Shown piece after piece: positions 53,726-62,542 of a stretch of 64,000 bases of DNA (position 1 is its first letter; every line of letters starts with the position of its first letter). The notes under the pieces were generated by a model, which was not told the origin of the DNA, made no database searches, and worked only from the letters and a program-made list of their open reading frames with translations. Position numbers and translations under genes: made by a program. The stretch lies in the NCBI GenBank assembly GCA_021849595.1, contig JAJZSR010000001.1:6004-70003 (forward strand), read 5' to 3'. Source of the stretch: Pseudomonadota bacterium. Lineage in GTDB: Bacteria > Pseudomonadota > Gammaproteobacteria > Burkholderiales > Thiobacillaceae.

Positions 53726-54457
53726 TCAGTGTTTCCGCAGCAGCTCGCGGTCGCGGCGCTGCACGTACTGAAGGATGCGTTCGCGCAGCCGGGGTGCCAG
53801 CCCGAGGAAACGCAACCCGACCTGGCGCAAGCGGCGCTGCGGGAGCCGGCCCGGCGCTTCGACGTAGCGCACCTCGGCTTCCGGCTCCATGTAAACCTCC
53901 TGGAGCGTGAAACGGGCTGCCTGCAGGCGTTCTCCGACATGCAGAGCGATACTCTCATCCAGCGGCAGAGTCACGCGCATGCCGCTGGCGCTGATGTCCA
54001 GGCAACTCGCGCGCAGCGCCGCCGCGCCATGGCGCGCGAGTTCCACGGAACTGACGTCCCCCAGCGACACCGGCACGCGAAAAAACTCGCGCCGTTGCAA
54101 ATAAAACACCGCTCGCGGAAAGGCGATGCGCAGGGCGCCGTAGCCCTGCCAGGATAGACGTTCCAGCAGTTCCCCCTGGAAAGCGGCATAAATCTTCTCG
54201 GCCCGGCCGATGGCAAAAAAAGGCAGCCCCTCTTCCAGACGTCGATTGCCCAGGTCGGGCTGAAGTTCGTCGATGATCAGCCAGCCTTCCCGGCGGTTCA
54301 CCGACAACACCAGGGAGCGGTACTCCTCGCTATGCCCGCCGGGGATCACTATCAGCGTCTCCCGGTCCCGCCGCATGCGTTGCAGGACCAGATCCGCATG
54401 GGCATCTGAACTGAGCCGGAATTCCTCTTTGAAAAGCCTGGGAGTGATCTCGCTCAT
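53726..54457 (-). CDS. ycgR: YcgR-type flagellar brake protein (PilZN + PilZ)
   Basis: 243 aa with PilZ motifs RREFFR (RxxxR) and DISASG (D/NxSxxG), plus an N-terminal YcgR-like domain. Confidence 0.85.
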   Translation of the reverse strand: MSEITPRLFKEEFRLSSDAHADLVLQRMRRDRETLIVIPGGHSEEYRSLVLSVNRREGWLIIDELQPDLGNRRLEEGLPFFAIGRAEKIYAAFQGELLERLSWQGYGALRIAFPRAVFYLQRREFFRVPVSLGDVSSVELARHGAAALRASCLDISASGMRVTLPLDESIALHVGERLQAARFTLQEVYMEPEAEVRYVEAPGRLPQRRLRQVGLRFLGLAPRLRERILQYVQRRDRELLRKH

Positions 54458-54542
54458 GCGCAGCCGGGAAGCGGTGCAAGGATTCGTTCAGGATGCGCCC
54501 CCGGAAAACGCGCCGCCGGGCAAAAGATATCGTTTTGCTCCA

Positions 54543-54992
54543 TCAACGCCAACGCCGGGCCGCTTCTTCGTCGCTTGCCCGCGCCTCCACCCAGCGCTCG
54601 CCGGCGGGCGTCTGTTCTTTTTTCCAGAAAGGCGCCCGGGTCTTGAGATAGTCCATGATGAACTCGCAGGCGGCAAAGGCGTCCCCGCGATGGACGCTGG
54701 CAACCGCCACCAGGACGATGCGCTCGCCGGGCTTGAGCGCCCCGACGCGGTGGATCACCACGGCGTCGCGCAGCACCCAGCGCGCGGCGGCCTGCGCGAC
54801 GATGTCCTCCAGGGCTTTCCGGGTCATTGCGGGATAGTGTTCGAGCGTCATGCCGGCCACCGTGCCGCCCTCGTTCTCTGCCCTGACCAGCCCCACGAAA
54901 CTGGCGATCCCGCCTACGCCCGGATCGCCGGCAGCCAGGCCGGAAATCTCATCTCCAACATCAAATTCTTGCTCTTGTACAATGATTTTCAT
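54543..54992 (-). CDS. moaE: Molybdopterin synthase catalytic subunit MoaE
   Basis: 149 aa (GGIASFVGLVR...LEHYPAMTRKALEDI...HRVGALKPGERIVLVAVASVHRGDAF). Confidence 0.9.
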   Translation of the reverse strand: MKIIVQEQEFDVGDEISGLAAGDPGVGGIASFVGLVRAENEGGTVAGMTLEHYPAMTRKALEDIVAQAAARWVLRDAVVIHRVGALKPGERIVLVAVASVHRGDAFAACEFIMDYLKTRAPFWKKEQTPAGERWVEARASDEEAARRWR

Positions 54993-54997
54993 GGAGT

Positions 54998-55255
54998 TTA
55001 TCCGCCCGTCACCGGCGGAAAAATCGCCACTTCGTCACCGTCACTCAATGGGGAAACGAGCCCGGCCAGTTGCTGGTTGACCGCCACCCGATAGGGATAA
55101 TCCGTGGCAAAAAATTCCGTCCAGGGGCCGCCGCGTCCACGCAGCACGTCTATCAGCGCCGCCACGCGGCTTTGCTCGCCGGGCAGTTCCAGAGTTTCCT
55201 CCGCCGTGCCGAAACGTTCGCGCAGGGCCGCGAAATAAAGCAGCTTCACTTTCAT
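54998..55255 (-). CDS. moaD: Molybdopterin synthase sulfur carrier MoaD
   Basis: 85 aa ubiquitin-like protein ending in VAIFPPVTGG. Confidence 0.9.
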   Translation of the reverse strand: MKVKLLYFAALRERFGTAEETLELPGEQSRVAALIDVLRGRGGPWTEFFATDYPYRVAVNQQLAGLVSPLSDGDEVAIFPPVTGG

Positions 55256-56457
55256 CCCATCACCTCGGAAAAAGGGATATATCTGAGCCAGTCGCCGCGC
55301 TCCACGGACGTGCCGGCGGGCAAATCGACCAAGCCGTCCGCCCAGACCACCGAGGTCAGCACACCGGAGCCTTGATTGGGGAAAAGCCGCACCTCGCCTT
55401 GGCCGTCACTGCCGGGCACCAAAAGGGCACGCAGGAACTCGCGCCGCGAGCCGGTCCGCGGCCAGGCGTGCGCCGCGCGCACGGGAAACGCACGGTACAG
55501 CACCCGCGACGCTCCCATGCGTTTGAGCAGGAAAGGCCGCGCGAACAGGCAGAAAGTGGCAAGAGCGGACACCGGATTGCCCGGCAGGCCCAGAAAGTCC
55601 GCGGCACCGATGGCACCATAGGCGACGGGTTTGCCAGGCTTCATGGCCACCTTCCACAAATCCAAGTGGCCAAGACTTTGCACCGCGGCCTTGACATGAT
55701 CCTCCTCGCCCACCGACACCCCGCCGGTACTGAGGATCACGTCGGCCTCGGCAGCCGCTTTTTCCAGGGCTGCCCGGGTGCCCGCCGGATCATCGGCCAG
55801 AATGCCGAGATCCCGCACTTCCACCGGCAGGCCGGCGAGCAGGGCCTTGAGCGAGACGCGGTTGGAATTGTAGATCTGGCCGGGCGCGAGCGGCCGGCCC
55901 GGCTCGACAAGCTCGTCGCCCGTGCTCAACAGCGCCACCCGCAACGGCCTCGCCACCTCGACCTCGGCGGCGCCGGCGGCCGCGGCCAGGCCCAGTTCGG
56001 CGGCCCCCAGCCGCGTGCCGGGCGCCAGAATTTCTTCCCGGGCCCGCATGTCCTCGCCCGCGCAGCGTATGTGCTGGCCCGGCCTGGGAACGGATCGCAA
56101 CAGCACGCCGCCGGCCGCGGCTTCCGTGTCCTCCTGCATGACCACGGCATCGGCCCCCGGCGGGATGGGCGCTCCGGTGAAAATGCGCGCCGCCGTGCCC
56201 GCCGGCAAAGGCTGGCCGACCTGCCCGGCGGCGATGCGCTGCACGATCTTGAGGATCACTCCGGGCGCCGCGCAATCCGCCATACGCACGGCATAACCGT
56301 CCATGGCCGAATTATCCAGGGGTGGCACGGCCACCCGGCTCACTACGCCCCGAGCCACAATCCTGCCCCGCGCCTGTTCCAAGGGGATTGTTTCGCTGTC
56401 GGCGAGCGGACGTGCCCGCGCAAGCAATTCCTGCAATAGATCAGCAGCGGTCAGCAA
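55252..56457 (-). CDS. moeA: Molybdopterin molybdenumtransferase MoeA
   Basis: 401 aa (VPPLDNSAMDGYAV...ILSTGDELV...STGGVSVGEEDH...GLPGNPVSA). Confidence 0.92.
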   Translation of the reverse strand: MLTAADLLQELLARARPLADSETIPLEQARGRIVARGVVSRVAVPPLDNSAMDGYAVRMADCAAPGVILKIVQRIAAGQVGQPLPAGTAARIFTGAPIPPGADAVVMQEDTEAAAGGVLLRSVPRPGQHIRCAGEDMRAREEILAPGTRLGAAELGLAAAAGAAEVEVARPLRVALLSTGDELVEPGRPLAPGQIYNSNRVSLKALLAGLPVEVRDLGILADDPAGTRAALEKAAAEADVILSTGGVSVGEEDHVKAAVQSLGHLDLWKVAMKPGKPVAYGAIGAADFLGLPGNPVSALATFCLFARPFLLKRMGASRVLYRAFPVRAAHAWPRTGSRREFLRALLVPGSDGQGEVRLFPNQGSGVLTSVVWADGLVDLPAGTSVERGDWLRYIPFSEVMG

Positions 56458-56954
56458 GGTATCTCCTTTGAATTTTCAATAATATAAACAGCAAGTTGTT
56501 CTACATCATTAATGTCAAATCTAGTAAAAGCTTCCGGCGGCGTCACGTCCGAGGCCACCGCAAGAATATGGCAATCTTGCGGGTAGAGCCACCCCTTTTC
56601 CAGGGCGGCGCGATGCACTTCCAGCTTGGGAATGGGTTCGCGCTTGTAGCCTTCCACCAGCACCAAGTCGCAAGGCGCCAGGCGCCCCAATATCTGATCC
56701 AGGCCGGGCGGCGCTTCGCCACTTCGGATCTCGTGCAGCAAAGCCCAGCGCCGTCCGCCGCTCAGCAGTACTTCGTGTGCGCCGGCCTCGCGCTGGCGCC
56801 AGGAATCCTTGCCGGGCCGGTCCAGTTCGAAGTCGTGATGCGTGTGCTTGATCACCGAAACGATCAGGCCGCGCGAGCGCAGTACCGGCAACAGCCGCTC
56901 GATGAGCGTGGTCTTACCGCTGCCGCTATAACCCGCAATGCCGAAAACCTTCAT
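56451..56954 (-). CDS. mobB: Molybdopterin-guanine dinucleotide biosynthesis adapter MobB
   Basis: Starts MKVFGIAGYSGSGKTTLIERLLP (P-loop). I chose the start at 56954, so the AT-rich operator region is not coding. Confidence 0.88.
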   Translation of the reverse strand: MKVFGIAGYSGSGKTTLIERLLPVLRSRGLIVSVIKHTHHDFELDRPGKDSWRQREAGAHEVLLSGGRRWALLHEIRSGEAPPGLDQILGRLAPCDLVLVEGYKREPIPKLEVHRAALEKGWLYPQDCHILAVASDVTPPEAFTRFDINDVEQLAVYIIENSKEIPC

Positions 56955-56983
56955 GAGTCCTTGCTTTGTCCTGGCGTGCACGT

Positions 56984-57006
56984 GCTATATTTTTGCATAT
57001 ATAACG
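56984..57006. promoter_or_regulatory. ModE-type operator candidate (TATAT-N7-TATAT) in the mobB/moaA divergent promoter
   Basis: GCTATAT-TTTTGCA-TATATAACG ends 11 nt upstream of the moaA ATG and is the only AT-rich patch in the local sequence. Confidence 0.45.
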
Positions 57007-57016
57007 CCTAGCGCCC

Positions 57017-58000
57017 ATGACGCCCGCTCCCCTCATCGACCGCTTCGGCCGCACCATCGAATACGTCCGCGTCTCGGTCACGGACCGCTGCGACCTGCGC
57101 TGCAGCTATTGCATGCCCAAAGGATTCACGGGTTACGAAGAGCCCGAGCACTGGCTCAGCTTCGCCGAATGGGAACGGCTTTTGGGCATCATGGCGCGGC
57201 TGGGAACGCGCCGCATCCGCCTCACCGGGGGCGAGCCGCTGCTGCGCCGCAACCTGCCGGAATTGGCCGCGCAGATCGCCCGCCTGCCGGGCGTCGAAGA
57301 CGTGTCGCTTTCGACCAATGGTACGCAACTGGCCAAACATGCCCGGGCCTTGTTCGATGCGGGCGTGCGGCGCCTGAACGTCAGCCTGGATTCCCTGCGC
57401 CCCGAACGCGTGGCCAAAATCAATGGGCGCGACGTCCTCGGGCAGGTGCTGGAAGGGCTGGCGGCGGCCGGGGCGGCGGGCTTCGCGCCGATCAAGATCA
57501 ATACCGTGGCCATGGCCGGGGTGAACGATGACGAGATCGACGACCTGGTGGCCTACTGCCTGGAGCGGGGCTATGTGCTGCGCCTGATCGAAACCATGCC
57601 CCTGGGCGACACCGGGCGCCGGGCGGGCTTTCTCGATCTTCAGCCCGTCAAGACGCGCCTACGCCAGCAGTTCGGCCTGGTGGATGCCGTCCTGCCCGGA
57701 GGCGGCCCAGCGCGCTATCTCGCTGCGCCGGACGGGCGTTTCACCGTGGGCTTCATCACCCCACTGTCGCAACACTTCTGCGCCACCTGCAACCGCGTGC
57801 GCCTGGCCGTGGACGGCACCATGTATCTGTGCCTGGGCCAGGAAGAGAAATTCGAGTTCCGTCCGTTGCTGCGCGGCGGCGCCGACGATGACGACATCGT
57901 CGCCGCCCTGCGCCTGGCCATCGAACGCAAGCCCGAGCGCCATGAATTCCGCGAGAAGCCGGAAAAGCTCATCCGCTTCATGTCCATGACCGGCGGTTGA
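57017..58000 (+). CDS. moaA: GTP 3',8-cyclase MoaA (radical SAM)
   Basis: CDLRCSYCMP radical-SAM cluster motif, a C-terminal second cluster (CATCNRVRL) and a GG tail. Confidence 0.95.
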   Translation: MTPAPLIDRFGRTIEYVRVSVTDRCDLRCSYCMPKGFTGYEEPEHWLSFAEWERLLGIMARLGTRRIRLTGGEPLLRRNLPELAAQIARLPGVEDVSLSTNGTQLAKHARALFDAGVRRLNVSLDSLRPERVAKINGRDVLGQVLEGLAAAGAAGFAPIKINTVAMAGVNDDEIDDLVAYCLERGYVLRLIETMPLGDTGRRAGFLDLQPVKTRLRQQFGLVDAVLPGGGPARYLAAPDGRFTVGFITPLSQHFCATCNRVRLAVDGTMYLCLGQEEKFEFRPLLRGGADDDDIVAALRLAIERKPERHEFREKPEKLIRFMSMTGG

Positions 58001-58024
58001 CCGCGCGATTCGGCGCTGGCTACA

Positions 58025-58295
58025 CTAGGGCCTGTTAGCGCTAATTTCACGCCTGCGACCAGGCCGATTCGGGATGCAGCCCGCGAAGCGAGGCGCGCCG
58101 CAGTGCGGGCCACTGCAAGCGGCTCGCGACAAAGGGATGCGCCCGAACCGGCCCGTCCCGAAGGGTTGCTGCGAGCAAGCGCGTCTGCGGCGTTGCGCCG
58201 CTTGGCAAGGGATCGCCCTTGCCAGCGCGCCGCGCCTTGCATCCATCGCTTGCTCGCAGCAACGCAGGTGCGAAATTAGCGCTAACAGGCCCTAG
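58025..58295. mobile_element. 271-bp non-coding element with 24-bp perfect terminal inverted repeats (MITE-like)
   Basis: CTAGGGCCTGTTAGCGCTAATTTC (58025-58048) and its exact reverse complement (58272-58295). Internally there is a 17-bp inverted repeat (58165-58181 / 58247-58263) and an 8-bp hairpin (58204-58223). There is no credible ORF. Confidence 0.7.
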
Positions 58296-58316
58296 CTCGC
58301 GCCTCACCTTTACGCC

Positions 58317-58682
58317 ATGCGCAGACACCTGATCCTTTGGCTCTTGATCCTCGCCCTGCCCGTGCAGGGCTGGGCCGCGCTCGCTCACGCCGGCTGCCAA
58401 AGCGCGCCGCAAGCGCTCGCAGCCATGGCGGCTATGCCGCATGACACCGCCGGCCATGCGCAGCCGGCCGACCACCACGCCCATGGCACCCCCGCCCAGG
58501 ATTCCTCCTGTTCCGGCGCCTGCCATGCCTGCTGCCTGGCGCCATCCATGACACCGCCCCAGGCGCGAGTACCCGGTGCGCCTGCCGCCGGACAAGTCCT
58601 CGCCGCCTGGCGTCCCTCCGCTCTCCCCGAAGCCCCTGCGGCGCGCCTGGAACGGCCGCCGCGTCCCACCCTCGCCGCCTGA
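58317..58682 (+). CDS. Secreted His/Cys-rich small protein (putative metal-binding)
   Basis: Signal peptide MRRHLILWLLILALPVQGWAALAHA, then HDTAGHAQPADHHAHG and CSGACHACC. It leads the copper cluster. Confidence 0.55.
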   Translation: MRRHLILWLLILALPVQGWAALAHAGCQSAPQALAAMAAMPHDTAGHAQPADHHAHGTPAQDSSCSGACHACCLAPSMTPPQARVPGAPAAGQVLAAWRPSALPEAPAARLERPPRPTLAA

Positions 58683-58736
58683 TCGCCCCGCGGGCCGCCG
58701 GCCATGCGGGTTTTCCGTCATGTCAGCGAGGTTGCC

Positions 58737-58985
58737 ATGCGCATCAGTTTATTCCTGGCCGTCGGCCTGGCCTTAGGCCTGCCCGCCGCGGCCGACACCC
58801 TGCCGCCCGAATTGAACCGGCTGCTGGATCCCGGCACTGCCGTGCCGGCACCGCAGTATCACTCATCGGACGCCATCACTACGCCGACCGACCCGGCCGC
58901 GCCCGCCTGGCCGGGTGCGCGCGGCCGTCCGACCACTCCGGCGCCGCCCATGCCGCGGATGGACATGAGCAGCCACCACCACTGA
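58737..58985 (+). CDS. Secreted small Pro-rich protein with a Met/His tail (putative copper-related)
   Basis: Signal peptide MRISLFLAVGLALGLPAAA and C-terminus PPMPRMDMSSHHH. Confidence 0.45.
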   Translation: MRISLFLAVGLALGLPAAADTLPPELNRLLDPGTAVPAPQYHSSDAITTPTDPAAPAWPGARGRPTTPAPPMPRMDMSSHHH

Positions 58986-58995
58986 AGGAGGAAGC

Positions 58996-60408
58996 ATGCT
59001 TACCGCCACCCGCACCCTCCTCGCCCTGAGCCTGCCTCTGGCCTTTGCAGGCTGCGCCCAACTGCAACCCGACGCCGGCCTGGGCCAGGTGCAACAGGAA
59101 ATGCAGACGCGCCTACCGGCCGCCGCCTTGCCCGCGCTCGCCTGGGACAAGGGATCGGCAACCGCCGAACAGCGCCGCGCTCAGGTTCAGGCGCTGCTCG
59201 ATGAACCGCTCACAGCCGACACGGCCGTGCGCATCGCGCTGCTCAACAACGGCGAGCTGCAGGCACGCTTTGCCGAACTGGGCCTGGCCGACGCCGATCG
59301 TGTCATCGCCTCGCGTCTGCCGAATCCCGCCCTCATCCTGGCCCGCCAGGTGCAGGGCGCCAGCGTGGAGATAGATCGCAGTTTTCTGTTCGATCTGCTT
59401 TCCCTCTTCACCCTGCCGGCACGACGCGACATCGCCACGCGCCGCTACCAGGAGAGCCAGCTCGCTACTGCGGCGGCCGTCATGGCCTTGGCCACCGAAA
59501 CCCGCAAGGCCTGGTACGACGCCGTGGCCGCAGCACAAACCAGCCGCTATCTGACGCAGGTCAAAGAAGCCGCGGATGCCGCCGCGGAGCTTGCCCGAAA
59601 CATGGCCAACGTGGGCAACATGAGCCGGCGCGACGCCCTCCAGGAGCAAGCGTTCTACGCGGAAGCCGCCGCGCAACGGGAGGAGGCACAAGCCGCCGAA
59701 ACCGCCGCGCGCGAACGCCTCATCCGCCTGATGGGCCTGTGGGGGCAACAAACCGCATTTCAGTTGCCGGAGCGCCTGCCCGACTTGCCGCGCCATCCCG
59801 AGCAGCGCTCCGAGGTAGAAGCCATCGCGATGCGAGATCGGCTGGACGTGCTCATGGCCAAGCGGGAGATCGAAGGCCTCGCCAAATCCCTGGGACTCAC
59901 GCGCGCCACGCGTTACGTCAACGTGCTGGAGGTGGGTTATCTCAATAACAGCTTCAACGACCAGCCGCGCCAGACCGGCGCCGAGGTGGGATTGTTGCTG
60001 CCCTTGTTCGACTGGGGCGAGGCCAGGAATGCCCGGGCCGAAGCGCTTTATCTGCAGGCCCTGGCGCGTACCCGCGACCTGGCCTCGCGCGCCCGTTCGC
60101 AGGCGCGCGAGGCCTATGTGCGCTACCGCACAGCCTACGACCTGGCAGAAGCCTATCGCAAGGTCATCGTACCGCTGAGAAAACAGATAGGCGAGGAAAA
60201 CCTGCTGCGCTACAACGGCATGCTAATCAGCGTGTTTGAGTTGTTGAGCGATAGCCGGGCGCAGATCCTGAGCGTCAATGCCGCCATCCAGGCGCAACGC
60301 GATTACTGGAAGGCCGACGCCGACCTGCAAAACGCTTTGGCCGGCGCCTCACCCCGTTTTGATGCCTTGTCCCTTGCCCGCCCCGCGCAGAGCGCGTCCA
60401 GCCATTGA
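58996..60408 (+). CDS. TolC/OprM-family outer-membrane efflux protein
   Basis: 470 aa with a lipoprotein-like signal (LALSLPLAFAGC) and two outer-membrane-factor repeats (LTADTAVRIALLNNGELQA...). Confidence 0.8.
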   Translation: MLTATRTLLALSLPLAFAGCAQLQPDAGLGQVQQEMQTRLPAAALPALAWDKGSATAEQRRAQVQALLDEPLTADTAVRIALLNNGELQARFAELGLADADRVIASRLPNPALILARQVQGASVEIDRSFLFDLLSLFTLPARRDIATRRYQESQLATAAAVMALATETRKAWYDAVAAAQTSRYLTQVKEAADAAAELARNMANVGNMSRRDALQEQAFYAEAAAQREEAQAAETAARERLIRLMGLWGQQTAFQLPERLPDLPRHPEQRSEVEAIAMRDRLDVLMAKREIEGLAKSLGLTRATRYVNVLEVGYLNNSFNDQPRQTGAEVGLLLPLFDWGEARNARAEALYLQALARTRDLASRARSQAREAYVRYRTAYDLAEAYRKVIVPLRKQIGEENLLRYNGMLISVFELLSDSRAQILSVNAAIQAQRDYWKADADLQNALAGASPRFDALSLARPAQSASSH

Positions 60409-60419
60409 GGAAATATCCT

Positions 60420-61787
60420 ATGAACCGCCGTCAATTTTTCACCCACTCCGGCGTGGGGCTGCTGGGGGCCGGCCTGATCTCCCGCGCCGCGGCCGCCGCT
60501 TTGCCGGAAGCGGCCAGCGCCGATTCCGCGGCTACCCAGATTCCAGTTGCGCCGCCCAACGGTCGCCCCTTCCACCCCGTGATCACCCTGAATGGCTGGA
60601 GCCTACCCTGGCGCATGAAAAATAGCGTCAAGGAGTTTCATTTGATAGCCGAACCGGTGGTGCGCGAAATCGCCCCCGGCATGGTGGCGCATCTGTGGGG
60701 CTACAACGGCCAAAGCCCGGGCCCCACCATCGAGGTGGTGGAAGGCGACCGGGTCCGCGTGTTCGTCACCAACAAACTCCCCGAGCCCACCACGATCCAC
60801 TGGCACGGCCAAATCCTGCCCAACGGCATGGATGGCGTGGGCGGCCTTACCCAGCCCCAGATTCCGCCCGGCAAGACCTATGTTTACGAGTTCATTGCCC
60901 GCCACGCGGGTACCTACATGTACCACCCCCATGCCGACGAGATGGTGCAGATGGCCATGGGCATGATGGGCTTCTGGGTCACCCATCCCAAGGACCCTAA
61001 TACTATGCGCGTGGACCGCGATTTCGTTTTTCTCACCAATGCCTACGACATCGAGCCGGGTGCATATACGCCCAAGGTCAACACCATGCTGGACTTCAAC
61101 CTGTGGACTTGGAATTCGCGCGCCTTCCCTGGCATCGATCCGCTGGTCTGCCGCCTGGGCGACAAGGTACGGATCCGCATGGGCAATCTGACCATGACCA
61201 ACCACCCCATCCATCTGCACGGCCACCGCTTCGTGGTGGCCGGGACCGACGGCGGCTGGATCGCGCCGGCCGCGCGCTGGCCGGAGGTGACCGTGGATAT
61301 CGCAGTGGGGCAGATGCGCGCCATCGAATTCACCGCCGACAATCCGGGCGACTGGGCCTTCCATTGCCACAAGGCCCACCACACCATGAACGCCATGGGC
61401 CACCAGGTGCCCACGATGATCGGCGTCGACCAGCAAAAAGTCGCGGAAAAAATTTCCCGGCTCATTCCCGGCTACATGACCATGGGTTCCACGGGCATGT
61501 CGGAAATGAGCCAGATGCAAATGCCCCTGCCGCCAAACACCCTGCCCATGATGACCGGCGAAGGTCCCTACGGGCCCATCGAAATGGGCGGCATGTTCAG
61601 CGTGGTGAAGGTGCGCCGCGACCAGAAGCCGGGCGACTATTCCGACCCTGGCTGGTATCAGCAACCGCCCGGCACCCAGGCCTACGAATGGCTAGGAGAG
61701 CTGCAACCTGCCCCGCGCGCCGCTGCGGGCCGCGCCAGGCCTGGCGACATGGAAATGAGAGTAAAGCGAAACGGCCATGCCCACTGA
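60420..61787 (+). CDS. copA: Multicopper oxidase (CopA-like) with a Tat signal
   Basis: Tat motif NRRQFF, copper sites HWHG, HPHADEM, HPIHLHGH and HCHKAHHTMNAM, and a Met-rich segment (MTMGSTGMSEMSQMQMP). Confidence 0.88.
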   Translation: MNRRQFFTHSGVGLLGAGLISRAAAAALPEAASADSAATQIPVAPPNGRPFHPVITLNGWSLPWRMKNSVKEFHLIAEPVVREIAPGMVAHLWGYNGQSPGPTIEVVEGDRVRVFVTNKLPEPTTIHWHGQILPNGMDGVGGLTQPQIPPGKTYVYEFIARHAGTYMYHPHADEMVQMAMGMMGFWVTHPKDPNTMRVDRDFVFLTNAYDIEPGAYTPKVNTMLDFNLWTWNSRAFPGIDPLVCRLGDKVRIRMGNLTMTNHPIHLHGHRFVVAGTDGGWIAPAARWPEVTVDIAVGQMRAIEFTADNPGDWAFHCHKAHHTMNAMGHQVPTMIGVDQQKVAEKISRLIPGYMTMGSTGMSEMSQMQMPLPPNTLPMMTGEGPYGPIEMGGMFSVVKVRRDQKPGDYSDPGWYQQPPGTQAYEWLGELQPAPRAAAGRARPGDMEMRVKRNGHAH

Positions 61788-61793
61788 TCCGCC

Positions 61794-61950
61794 ATTTATT
61801 GATCCGAAACTTATGAATCCGAAAAAACAGCCGTCGCCAATAAAACCGGATTGGCGGGAAAGCCGCGCCCAGTTTCGGATCAATAACAATTGAACCTCGG
61901 CGGGTTATTGAAGGGAAATTCAAGTTCTTGAATTTCCCTTCAATAACTAC
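61794..61950 (+). repeat. AT-rich double-hairpin intergenic repeat, copy B (between the multicopper oxidase and cytochrome c genes)
   Basis: Perfect inverted repeats TTATTGATCCGAAAC (61796-61810) / GTTTCGGATCAATAA (61872-61886) and GTTATTGAAGGGAAATTCAAG (61904-61924) / CTTGAATTTCCCTTCAATAAC (61927-61947). The linker block CAATAACAATTGAACCTCGGCGGGTTATTGA is shared with copy A. Confidence 0.8.
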
Positions 61951-61961
61951 GGAGAACTTCC

Positions 61962-62534
61962 ATGAGGAAATGTTTTCTTGCCCTGATCGCCCTGTTTCTT
62001 GCGCTGCTTGCGGGCAGTGCGGCGTTCGTCTATTCCGGCGTCTACAACGTGGCGGCCGACGACCCTCACTGGCGTCCCGTCTTCTGGCTCATGCAGGAAA
62101 CGCGGGCTCGCTCCATCGCTGTGCGCAGCGCGGATGTGACGCCACCCCCGCTCGACGATCCCAAGTTGGTCCTCAAAGGGGCCGGCCAATATGCCGCCAT
62201 GTGCGTGTCGTGCCATCTGGCACCGGGCCGGACCAGCTCGGAGTTGCGCCAAGGGCTCTATCCTTTGCCGCCCGATCTCACGGTCGAAAAAGTCGATCCG
62301 CGCCGCGCCTTCTGGGTCATCAAGCATGGCGTCAAGATGAGCGCCATGCCGGCCTGGGGTGCGACCCATGACGACGCCACGATCTGGAGCATGGTGGCCT
62401 TCCTGCAGACCTTGCCCAAACTCAGCCCGGAGCAATACCGGGACATGGTGAGCCAGGCGCCGCCTGATGAGGACATGGACATGGCGCCGACACCCGGGAA
62501 GCCGCCGCACCATGTTCATAGTCACCCGCACTGA
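61962..62534 (+). CDS. Membrane-anchored c-type cytochrome
   Basis: N-terminal TM segment, a single haem site CVSCH and a distal Met region (KHGVKMSAMPAWG). Confidence 0.8.
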   Translation: MRKCFLALIALFLALLAGSAAFVYSGVYNVAADDPHWRPVFWLMQETRARSIAVRSADVTPPPLDDPKLVLKGAGQYAAMCVSCHLAPGRTSSELRQGLYPLPPDLTVEKVDPRRAFWVIKHGVKMSAMPAWGATHDDATIWSMVAFLQTLPKLSPEQYRDMVSQAPPDEDMDMAPTPGKPPHHVHSHPH

Positions 62535-62542
62535 ACGCAAGC

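Noticed and set aside
58025-58295. Moco riboswitch or other riboswitch next to moaA
   Set aside because: It lies downstream, not upstream, of moaA. Its perfect 24-bp terminal inverted repeats fit a MITE better than a riboswitch aptamer.
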